A DNA stretch of 14,772 nucleotides from the IMG/VR virus record IMGVR_UViG_2728369183_000003, one strand, 5' to 3'. Shown here piece by piece: positions 7,337-14,772 of this stretch; the first letter of the stretch is position 1; each line of letters begins with the position of its first letter. The notes beneath the pieces are model-generated. The model was not told the DNA's origin. It did no database searches and saw only the letters and a program-made list of their open reading frames with translations. The stretch comes from a virus. Lineage: Duplodnaviria > Heunggongvirae > Uroviricota > Caudoviricetes. A program made the position numbers and the translations under genes.

Positions 7337-9693
7337 GTAAAACCAGAAATCCGTCCCCGGCTTAATCCGGCTCCCCTGGACAGTCCACTGACTGCCGGTC
7401 CCAGATAACGGGCAGATTTTTCCACCTGTGCCGTGTTCGTGATGCGTTTTTCTGAGAACCAGAATTCAAACTGTACCGTCGGGTCATACACCGCAAGACG
7501 CGGGACCGCCGTTATCTGAAAATACCCCGGCGTCAGCTCAATGGTGGCGGGTTTTGCAGGCGCGTTAATCCGGAAGGTGGTGGTCGCAGGTTCGCCCTGC
7601 TGGCCGTAGCTGTTAATGGCCCGCACCGTCAGGGTGTATTCCCCCAGCGGCAGACCACTGAAACGGTGCTCCGTGTCTGCGGTGATGGCGGTGCTCACCA
7701 GACGGCTGTCTTCTCCGCTTCCGCTGGTCAGACGCAGACTGAAGCGCACACCCTTCACCACCCGCGGCGTGTCCCATTTCGCCTGTGCCAGATACTGACC
7801 GTCAGCTGCACTCACCTCCACCGTCAGGTGCTGCACTGCCGGTGGGATAACGCTGTTCAGGCTGCCTGACTGCGGCTCAAAGCTGGCCCCGTTATCCACA
7901 ATGGCTTCTTTTTCCGGTACGTGCTGCACCGCCGTGATGGCGAACGTGCCGTCCGTGTTTTCCCGGATGGAGACACAGCGGAACAGGCGACGACGCAGTG
8001 ACGGCAGGGAGAGTCCCCACACCCCGTATGTCTCCACACCATCAGGCAGGGTACTGACCTGTATCCGGTCCGGCGCGGGGTGTGCGGTGATGTCCACACT
8101 CACCGGCTTACCGCTGCCGTTAATCAGGTTCACCGCCGATGTACCTGTCTCCGGCAGGGTAACCTCACGGTCCAGCGTCAGGGTGCGGGTGGCAGCATCA
8201 ATGGACAGGACACGTCCGCCGGTCAGGGTCCCGGCATAGTCATTATCACAGATTTCAATAATGTCACCGGGTGTGTGCCGCAGCCCCTGAGACCCGAGCG
8301 TGAAATCCACCGTCTGCGTTTCCAGCAGTTCGGTCTTTATCACCCACAGTCCGGCACGGTGGGCCTGACCGCGGCTGGTACAGCCGAACGCGTCCATCTT
8401 CAGCAGGTTGCGTCCGTAGCGCAGTATGGCTTCCGGGTCTTCCACCAGTTCCGTGGAGGTCTGCCAGCCGTTCTGCGGGTCGGTGTAATTCACCTCCACC
8501 GCCGTGTGCCGGTCCTTCAGGGCACTGAAGCTGTAGCGGAATCCCACGCCGTTATCATCCACCACCACATCGCTGTTGGTGTACGGCCACACCACATCCG
8601 ACGGGCGGTCCTGAACGAACGTCAGCGTCTGACCGTTCCATACCGGCATACAGCGCATCGCAGAGCAGAAATCACTGAGAACGTCCCACGCCTTACGCTG
8701 TTGTGCCAGGTACGCATTAAAGGTCATCCGCGGCTCGGTCCCCCCGAAACCATCCGGGACCGTCTGGTCGCAGTACTGCCCGATGGCATACAGCGCCCAC
8801 TTGTCCACATCCGCCGCCCCCAGACGTTTTCCCATGCCGTAGCGCGGGTGAGTCAGCATGTCCCACAGGCACCAGGCCGGGTTGTTGCTGTATGCCGGTT
8901 TCAGACTGCCGTCCCAGATACCACTGTACGTGCGTTTTTCCGGGTCATAGTTTGACGGCACCTGGATGATGCGACCGCGGATATGGTAGTTCACCGTCAT
9001 CTGCTGGCCGCCGAACTGCTCCGCATCCACCTGCAGCCCCACAATGGCCGTGTTCGGGTAGCACTGTTTCACATCGATGATTTCGGTGTATGACGACCAC
9101 AGCGTCTTATTCTGCAGCTGGTCCGTGGTGCTGTCCGCCGTCTCCCTGACCATCCGGATGTTAAAGGGCCGGGGAGGCAGATTATCCAGAATCACCGAGG
9201 CCAGGAACTGCGAGGTGGTCTTGCCGTTAATGGTGACATCCTTTTCCGTCACCCAGCGGCCATTACGCTGTAACTGAATCAGAATCCGGACAGAGGAAGG
9301 ATTACGGTCGCCCTTTGACGTGGTCTGCACCAGTGACTGCACCCCGAAGGTAACCCGCAGGCGGTCAATGTTCGCGGACGTAATGGTGCGCGTCACCGGT
9401 TTTGCCTTCGTCACTTCCACGCCCAGTCCGGTTTCAGCACCGGAGGACTCAAAGCCTTCCGGTGGTGTCTGCTCCTGCTCCCCGGCGCGCCAGACCGCCG
9501 TCACACCGTGTATCACGGGATTACCGTCCGTGTCCGTCAGCGGGGTTTTGTTCACCAGGATACTCTGCAGTCCCTTCACCGGACCTTCTATCGGTCCCTC
9601 ACCAATCGCATCAATCACGCTCATCATCTGCGTGGATTTGAGATTATCCTTCGCCTCACGAGGCGTGTGTGCCTTACCGCCACCTTTTCCCAT
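7237..9693 (-). CDS. J: host specificity protein J (central tail fibre), N-terminal fragment of 818 aa ending in an out-of-frame tail after the frameshift near 7365-7370
   Basis: ATG at 9693 preceded by GGGGAAGG. Translation ...[29 protein letters not shown] follows lambda J; after YLGPA the frame departs from J and the continuation appears in the overlapping frame of 6002..7336. Confidence 0.8.
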   Translation of the reverse strand: MGKGGGKAHTPREAKDNLKSTQMMSVIDAIGEGPIEGPVKGLQSILVNKTPLTDTDGNPVIHGVTAVWRAGEQEQTPPEGFESSGAETGLGVEVTKAKPVTRTITSANIDRLRVTFGVQSLVQTTSKGDRNPSSVRILIQLQRNGRWVTEKDVTINGKTTSQFLASVILDNLPPRPFNIRMVRETADSTTDQLQNKTLWSSYTEIIDVKQCYPNTAIVGLQVDAEQFGGQQMTVNYHIRGRIIQVPSNYDPEKRTYSGIWDGSLKPAYSNNPAWCLWDMLTHPRYGMGKRLGAADVDKWALYAIGQYCDQTVPDGFGGTEPRMTFNAYLAQQRKAWDVLSDFCSAMRCMPVWNGQTLTFVQDRPSDVVWPYTNSDVVVDDNGVGFRYSFSALKDRHTAVEVNYTDPQNGWQTSTELVEDPEAILRYGRNLLKMDAFGCTSRGQAHRAGLWVIKTELLETQTVDFTLGSQGLRHTPGDIIEICDNDYAGTLTGGRVLSIDAATRTLTLDREVTLPETGTSAVNLINGSGKPVSVDITAHPAPDRIQVSTLPDGVETYGVWGLSLPSLRRRLFRCVSIRENTDGTFAITAVQHVPEKEAIVDNGASFEPQSGSLNSVIPPAVQHLTVEVSAADGQYLAQAKWDTPRVVKGVRFSLRLTSGSGEDSRLVSTAITADTEHRFSGLPLGEYTLTVRAINSYGQQGEPATTTFRINAPAKPATIELTPGYFQITAVPRLAVYDPTVQFEFWFSEKRITNTAQVEKSARYLGPAVSGLSRGAGLSRGRISGFTCEASTWWENLLLWKPAGSPAMMVKGIWNFSGG

Positions 9694-9797
9694 ACAGCCT
9701 TCCCCTGAATAAATTAACCGCCACTTGCCATTCCGTACAGAAGTCGGATATCCTTCGCCCGAAAAGCATGAAACACATTTCTGCCATGCTAAAGAGA

Positions 9798-9832
9798 AAC
9801 CCCGGTATCAGCAGATACCGGGGTTTTCTTTC
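9798..9832. terminator. bidirectional hairpin terminator candidate inside the I-J intergenic insertion
   Basis: Perfect 12-bp inverted repeat AACCCCGGTATC-AGCA-GATACCGGGGTT (9798-9825), followed by TTTTCTTTC on the plus strand and by TTTCTCTTT on the minus strand. Confidence 0.5.
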
Positions 9833-9898
9833 ATGCCCACCGATAATCCTGTTGGTTAAAACCGGTAATGGCATAAAAATTCTGAATATCTTCACATT

Positions 9899-9926
9899 TT
9901 CACAAACTGACTGTGGCGCGTATAAT
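9899..9926 (+). promoter_or_regulatory. near-consensus sigma70 promoter (TTCACA, 16-nt spacer, TATAAT) firing rightward, antisense to the late tail operon
   Basis: -35 TTCACA at 9899-9904, -10 TATAAT at 9921-9926, A/T-rich upstream tract at 9871-9890. Confidence 0.45.
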
Positions 9927-9932
9927 TTCTCT

Positions 9933-10030
9933 GCGTTAATTTTTTTGTCGTGATATAAGAATAATTCCTTACACTTAATCTTCGTAACTCTCCCGCAGTT
10001 CCTGTCCGCGATCACTGCGGGATTTTTTTA
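9933..10030 (+). ncRNA. candidate small RNA of about 100 nt between tail genes I and J, defined by the promoter at 9899-9926 and the terminator at 9992-10036; no ORF inside
   Basis: Promoter and intrinsic terminator in correct order and spacing on the plus strand; the only in-frame start after the predicted transcription start (GTG ATA TAA) terminates at once. Family not recognised. Confidence 0.35.
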
Positions 10031-10036
10031 TTCTTT
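9992..10036 (+). terminator. rho-independent terminator (plus strand) abutting the 3' end of gene I
   Basis: 8-9 bp GC-rich stem CCCGCAGT / ACTGCGGG (9992-9999 and 10014-10021), 14-nt loop, then TTTTTTTATTCTTTTT (10023-10036). Confidence 0.55.
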
Positions 10037-10717
10037 TTACCCCTGCCGCCCGATAACCACGACCTTTCCGCCCCCGCCTTCATCACGGGTGCTGATGTCC
10101 TGGGATATACGGCGGGAGCCAACCAGCATTTCCCCGTAAGGCACCGGCATCGGGTTCCCCTGGGCAATCATGTTATCCAGTGAGGAAAAGTACGTGTTCT
10201 GTCTGCCGTTATCCGTTGCGCGGTAATCCGGTGTTTTTGCCTTCGGGGCCAGCATCTGGGCCACACCGCCCAGAATCATGCTGGCTCCAAGTGAAAACAG
10301 CATCGTGGTGGCAGAAAAACCACCGGCTGCCAGGGCTGAACCCCATAACGCCATTGATGCCCCGGCAGTGAAGAAAGAGCCCACGATGGCTGCCGCCCCC
10401 AGCACAATCTGCAGTCCACCCTTTCCGGCCCCGGCCAGTCGCGGCACAATGTGGATGACCGTTCCCTCACCCAGCTGTTCGTGAAGACGGGCGTACACCG
10501 CCTCCGGTGCCGTGTCATAACCGGCAATACGTATCTGGTACCAGCCTTCGTTCATCTGACGGCGAAAGCCCGGCATCTGCATCGACAGGGCGCGAATGGC
10601 TTCCGCTGCCGTGTTCACATACAGGCTGAGGCGGCGGCCAAATCGTTGTAAATCCCCGTGAAGGCAGATGCGTGCCAGTGGCGGTGACGCCAGACTGAAT
10701 GCGTTCGTCGTTGCCAT
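10037..10717 (-). CDS. I: tail assembly protein I (lambda gpI-like), 226 aa
   Basis: Translation ...ARICLHGDLQRFGRRLSLYVNTAAEAIRAL...IVLGAAAIVGSFFTAGA...LGASMILGGVAQMLAPKAKTP...QNTYFSSLDNMIAQGN...YGEMLVGSR matches lambda gpI as recalled. Confidence 0.9.
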   Translation of the reverse strand: MATTNAFSLASPPLARICLHGDLQRFGRRLSLYVNTAAEAIRALSMQMPGFRRQMNEGWYQIRIAGYDTAPEAVYARLHEQLGEGTVIHIVPRLAGAGKGGLQIVLGAAAIVGSFFTAGASMALWGSALAAGGFSATTMLFSLGASMILGGVAQMLAPKAKTPDYRATDNGRQNTYFSSLDNMIAQGNPMPVPYGEMLVGSRRISQDISTRDEGGGGKVVVIGRQG

Positions 10718-11358
10718 TTTTCGGAATACCTCTCCCGTTTACTCAGTTGTTCAGGAATATGGTGCAGCAGCTCGCCGTCACCACAGTAAATGGCGGCATG
10801 ATTCGGCACCGATGAACCAAAACAGCACAGCAGCACATCGCCCGGCTGCGCCGCTGACAACGGCACCTGATACAGCCCTGTGGCCTCCAGATTATCCAGA
10901 TAGAGATTCTGACCGTGACGCCACCAGTCATCCTCGCGATGAAAATCCGGCATCTCAGTCCCCGCCAGATGGTATGCATCCCGGAACAGGGTGTAACAGT
11001 CCGTCACCCCGTGCTCAAAGCGCCGTCCCGTCAGGTGCGGCACGCAGCGGAATTTGTGAATGTCACCCCGGCAGACCAGCCACCAGGGCAGTGCGCTTTT
11101 TATCTGCAGCCGCCGGTCAGCCTCGCTCAGCCAGGGCAGCCCACCGGGATGACTGTGGACCAGTGCCACAATCTCCCCCTGCATCTCTGCCCGCAGCCAG
11201 TCTTCCGGTGCGATACGAAAATACGCCTCCGGCTCTGCAGAAATATTCACACAAGGGATATACCACTCCCCCTCCGGCGTGCTTATCACGAAGCCGCACG
11301 ACTCCGCAGGCGCACACCGCCGGGCATGCGCCAGAATCGCTGATTCAGTCTGTGTCAT
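10615..11358 (-). CDS. K: tail assembly protein K (lambda gpK-like; JAMM/MPN metalloprotease motif plus NlpC/P60-like Cys/His), 247 aa
   Basis: True start is the internal ATG at 11358 (MTQTESAILAHARRCAPAESCGFV...); the 334-aa ORF from 11619 is an upstream extension. Motifs HSHPGGLPWLSEADR (JAMM) and GVTDCYTLFRDAYH / HHIPEQ present; overlaps I as in lambda. Confidence 0.9.
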   Translation of the reverse strand: MTQTESAILAHARRCAPAESCGFVISTPEGEWYIPCVNISAEPEAYFRIAPEDWLRAEMQGEIVALVHSHPGGLPWLSEADRRLQIKSALPWWLVCRGDIHKFRCVPHLTGRRFEHGVTDCYTLFRDAYHLAGTEMPDFHREDDWWRHGQNLYLDNLEATGLYQVPLSAAQPGDVLLCCFGSSVPNHAAIYCGDGELLHHIPEQLSKRERYSEKWQRRTHSVWRHRHWHASAFTGIYNDLAAASACM

Positions 11359-11368
11359 AAACCGGGAT

Positions 11369-12067
11369 TTACTGCGAAAGTTTATTAATGGAAAGGAAAC
11401 CGCCAAAATTGCCGACATTCCTGCGCAGTTCACACCCGCGCATGCACTTGCTGCATCTGTCCTTACGGATATCCGTGGTGGGGTTGTCGAACTCATCCGC
11501 CACCGCAGGACCGTTATACCCGCATTCATCTCCCCGGTAATCCCACATACAGGTGTTCGCCAGCATGATGCGACCGGGAAACAGCGCCCCGTCCGTCTCG
11601 GTCGGTGTAGCCAGCACAAACGAGGCCGTCATGGCTGTCAGCTGCGACATCTGCTCCACCACCCAGCGGTCACTCAGCTCCTGCTCCGGGTCCGCCTCCG
11701 GATTGCCCGCAACGAAATTCACCGCATCCAGAAAACGGGCATACACCCGGCGGCGGACCACCGTGGCCCCCACCAGACTCTGCAGGTCTTCCGCCATCCC
11801 GGTGACCAGACCGAACAGATTGGACACCGTCAGCGACGGTCTGGCACTGCTGCCCCGGCCGTTCATCTCAAAGCCGCTGCCGTCAATCGGGTATGCCTCA
11901 TACTTACGCCCCTGCCAGGTGACCGGCTCCCCTTTTTCATTCAGCTCATTACAGAAAAAATACCGCTCACCACCCTGTACCGTCAGGTCGATTTCCCAGA
12001 GTACCACCCGCGGTGACTGCTCTGACTTAACCGACTCGTTCAGACTTTCTTCGCGAATATCCTGCAT
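11369..12067 (-). CDS. L: minor tail protein L (lambda gpL-like), 232 aa
   Basis: Translation MQDIREESLNESVKSEQSPRVVLWEIDLTVQGGERYFFCNELNEKGEPVTWQGRKYEAYPIDGSGFEMNG... with the C-terminal Cys cluster (CSKCMRGC) follows lambda gpL as recalled; start overlaps the M stop. Confidence 0.9.
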   Translation of the reverse strand: MQDIREESLNESVKSEQSPRVVLWEIDLTVQGGERYFFCNELNEKGEPVTWQGRKYEAYPIDGSGFEMNGRGSSARPSLTVSNLFGLVTGMAEDLQSLVGATVVRRRVYARFLDAVNFVAGNPEADPEQELSDRWVVEQMSQLTAMTASFVLATPTETDGALFPGRIMLANTCMWDYRGDECGYNGPAVADEFDNPTTDIRKDRCSKCMRGCELRRNVGNFGGFLSINKLSQ

Positions 12068-12396
12068 CAGTTCACCACCTGCTTAAACTCCGCGCTGAAC
12101 TCAACGCGCAACATCCCGACCCGTGCAGACCACCCGGCACAGGTCACCTTTATCTGCCGGTATGCATAGGGTGGCTTCCACAAAAATGCCTTCCAGCCAC
12201 CGTGCTCTGCCAGGAACGCTTCCAGATGCCGGGCCTCCTCCCGGGTCACGGAAAGCGTCACCCTGTATGTTTTCAGGTCAGCATTCAGCCCTGCCGCCAT
12301 ACGCTGTGAGTACCCGTCACCAAAACGCACTTCACGCACCGATGGCTGCGAGTTCACCTCCATATCCGGCTTCACTTTCCAGCGAAAGGTTTTCAT
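12067..12396 (-). CDS. M: minor tail protein M (lambda gpM-like), 109 aa
   Basis: Translation MKTFRWKVKPDMEVNSQPSVREVRFGDGYSQRMAAGLNADLKTYRVTLSV...GGWKAFLWKPPYAYRQIKVTCAGWSARVGMLRVEFSAEFKQVVN is near-identical in pattern to lambda gpM as recalled; start overlaps the H stop (ATGA). Confidence 0.9.
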   Translation of the reverse strand: MKTFRWKVKPDMEVNSQPSVREVRFGDGYSQRMAAGLNADLKTYRVTLSVTREEARHLEAFLAEHGGWKAFLWKPPYAYRQIKVTCAGWSARVGMLRVEFSAEFKQVVN

Positions 12397-14772
12397 CCAC
12401 CGCTCCCTGATAACATACCGCCATCACGCAACTGCAGCCGGAGTTCATCCTGTGCCCCCTTGCGGGCCATCTCATACACCGCTTTCATCAGCTGCGGCCC
12501 TGCCCGCCCGTTGGGGCCGTCGTTCTGAATCACCACGTGATTGTTCTGATTAAAATTAATGCCTTCCGCCCGCCGCATCTGCGCCGGACTTCCGGCACCG
12601 CCGACATAACCACCTTCCGCATAGCCCCGCATCAGGCGGTACAGATTGCCGACACCAATCCGGCTGGTCGCCTCCTTCGTGAAGACAAACTCCCCGCGAT
12701 GAACAATCCCCGCAGGTTCATATTTACCCCCCGTCCCCGTAAATCCCCCGGTCGCGAAATGGAAGTTCGCCGCCGCAGCCTGAATGGCTGTACCGCCTGA
12801 CGCGGATGCGCCGCCACCAACAGCCCCGCCAATGGCGCTGCCGATACTCCCNNNNNNNNNNNNNNNNNNNNNNNNNNNNNNNNNNNNNNNNNNNNNNNNN
12901 NNTATCCCCACCATCGCCTGCTTCAGAAAAATCTCTGTCAGCATGGACAGCACAGAACGGGTGAAACCACGCCAGTTCTGTTCGCTGCCGGTCAGCATCG
13001 CTGCCATATTCTGTGCAATACCGTCAAAGGTCTGCGTGGCCGCGTTTTTAACCTGCGAAAAACTGTCCGTCGCACTTTCCGCCCACTCGCCCCAGCCGGA
13101 CTTCATCCCGGCCATCCAGCTTCCACGAAGCTGCTCCTCCGCAGACCAGGTGTTCTTCAGTGCNNNNNNNNNNNNNNNNNNNNNNNNNNNNNNNNNNNNN
13201 NNNNNNNNNNTCCGCGGGCTTTTGCGCTGATTGCCGCCTGCTTCGCGCTCTGCTGCTGTTCAAACCGCGCCGCCTGCTGTGCCAGCTCATTCAGCCGTTT
13301 CTGGTGTTCAATCTTGTCGCCCAGCTCAGCCAGCTGGCGTTTGTACTCCAGCGTTTCTTTCTCATGGGCCAGCAGGGATTTTTCCTGCTCAGATAACTGC
13401 CGTTTCGTGGCGGCCTCTTTCAGGACCACATACTGATTTTCCGCTTCCCATAAATCCCGGCGCTGCTGGCTGATTTTCTCATTCACACCGCTGTGTTTTT
13501 CCAGCGTCCTGAGCTCGGTTTCAAGCGCCAGCATGGCTGCATGCGCCCGGTCTTCCTGGCGCTCACCGGCAGACACCTTCACACCTGACGGCTTTTTCAG
13601 CGTCGATTCATAATCCTTTTTTGCCGACGCCATCAGCGTGTTGTAATCCGCCTGCAGGATTTTTCCGTCTTTCAGGGCCTTATTCAGCTCTTTCTGACGG
13701 GCGGTATATTTATCCAGCGGCGTCTGCAGGCGCTCATACGCCTTCTGCGCCTCTCCGGTATACTTCAGCTGTGACGCCTCACGCTCAGCCCGGTCCCTTG
13801 CCGCCAGTTCACCGGCTTTTTCCATATCCGACTGCAGCGTGGCCGCTGCCAGACCCAGACGGGCATTTTCCCGGTCATCCCATGCCCCCTGAAGGTTCGC
13901 ACGAAAAGAGGAGGTCTTTCCCCGGCGCTGGCTCCGGCTCTGGTACCACTGCCATTTTTTATCCGCCTCATCAAATGCCTTCTGCGCACTGGCGAGCATA
14001 TCCGCTGAGGATTCAGGACGACCGATATCCAGAATGGCATCCCACATCGATTTGAATGCCTTCCCTGTTTTATCCGCCCAGGTCTCCAGTGTTCCCATGT
14101 TTTCTTTCAGGCGACGGGTCTGCTCATCAAAGCCTTTCGTGGCGATATCGTTCGCCGCCTGCAATGCCCCGGCCTCGTCTCCGGAACGCTGCAGCTGTGC
14201 AACATACGCAATCTGCTCTGCCGTCACGTTACGGAACTGGCGCGCCATCGCCATCAGTCCCGACGTCGGGTCAGTGGTCAGCTTCCCGAAGGCTTCAGCG
14301 ACTTTATCCACCTCCACACCGGATGCAGACGCAAAACGCGCGACACTCTGGTTGATGGCATCAAACTGTTCACCACCACGCACACCGGCATTCATCAGGG
14401 CTGCCAGTGACTCTCTCGCCTGGTTAAACGTCAGCCCTGCTGCCTGCCCGGCTCTTGAGAGAGTCAGCATACGATCGGCAGTCAGTCCGGACTGATTACC
14501 GGAAAGAACCAGGGTTTTATTAAACGCTGAAAGCGTGGAATCTCCCTGGTACCAGGCGTACACCAGCGCACCTGTCGCCACCGCCAGCGAGGTGACCCCG
14601 ACCATCGGCAGGGTGATCGCACCGGCGAGCCCCCTGAACATGGGGATCATCCCGCCGAAGGAGTCCTTCACCTGACCGCCCTGTTGCAGCAGGATCAGCC
14701 AGGGATTCTGACCACCGGCAAGCTGCGTGGCGATATCCGTAAACTGTGCGGGCAGGGTTCGCATGGCCGCTT
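12393..14772 (-). CDS. H: tail tape measure protein H (lambda gpH-like), partial; 5' end lies beyond the right window edge; interrupted by N-runs at 12852-12902 and 13164-13210
   Basis: ORFs 13157..14764 (MRTLPAQFTDIATQLAGGQNPWLILLQQGGQVKDSFGGMIPMFRGLAGAITLPMVG...) and 12393..13115 (...WMAGMKSGWGEW...IVHRGEFVFTKEATSRIGVGNLYRLMRGYA...) are collinear with lambda gpH from about residue 80 to the C-terminus. Lambda H has about 80 residues N-terminal of the MRMLPAQFTD motif, so the true start is outside the window. Confidence 0.85.

Noticed and set aside
7616-9712. Several plus-strand ORFs (for example 8080..8955 at 291 aa, 7901..8239, 9320..9712)
   Set aside because: All antisense to J, Arg/Pro/Val-rich as expected for the reverse strand of GC-rich coding DNA; no start context.
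9669-10015. ORFs 9669..9953 (+) and 9674..10015 (-) in the I-J insertion
   Set aside because: Each runs through the strong hairpins and has no Shine-Dalgarno; the region is better explained as non-coding RNA and terminator structure.
11619-11619. 334-aa version of K starting at 11619
   Set aside because: The N-terminal 87 aa are an out-of-context extension overlapping L; the lambda-like protein begins at MTQTESAIL (ATG at 11358).
10668-12086. Plus-strand ORFs of 142-245 aa opposite K and L
   Set aside because: Antisense to genes whose products match lambda K and L; Arg/Pro/His-rich translations.
13231-14495. Plus-strand ORFs of 80-153 aa opposite H
   Set aside because: Antisense to the tape measure gene; Pro/Ala/Ser-rich, no start signals.
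1-14772. CRISPR array, integrase, transposase or complete tRNA or rRNA
   Set aside because: No spaced direct repeats; no ORF with integrase or transposase hallmarks; the only tRNA-like sequence is the truncated 62-nt fragment.

Overview
This window is the attR-proximal end of a lambda-like prophage plus an adjacent AT-rich accessory segment. Coordinates 2025-14772 are GC-rich and carry the phage late tail region, all on the minus strand: tape measure H (partial, running off the right edge, two N-gaps), M, L, K, I, a host-specificity gene J split into two ORFs by a single-base frameshift, the lom outer-membrane moron bracketed by terminators, a mosaic side tail fibre gene (stf), and two tightly coupled small terminal cargo genes (an acidic 92-aa protein and a small membrane protein). 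A 62-nt 3' fragment of a tRNA-Ser gene (1963-2024, minus) marks the integration-site core. To its left (1-1962) lies an AT-rich segment encoding an AlpA-family regulator, a 278-aa protein I cannot assign to any family, and a small ORF. The most unusual feature is a 343-bp insertion between I and J carrying a near-consensus plus-strand promoter and a strong terminator, consistent with a roughly 100-nt small RNA antisense to the late operon. No CRISPR array, integrase, rRNA or complete tRNA is present. The three N-runs and the J frameshift suggest draft-quality assembly. All protein identifications are from recalled similarity to lambda proteins, not from database searches.
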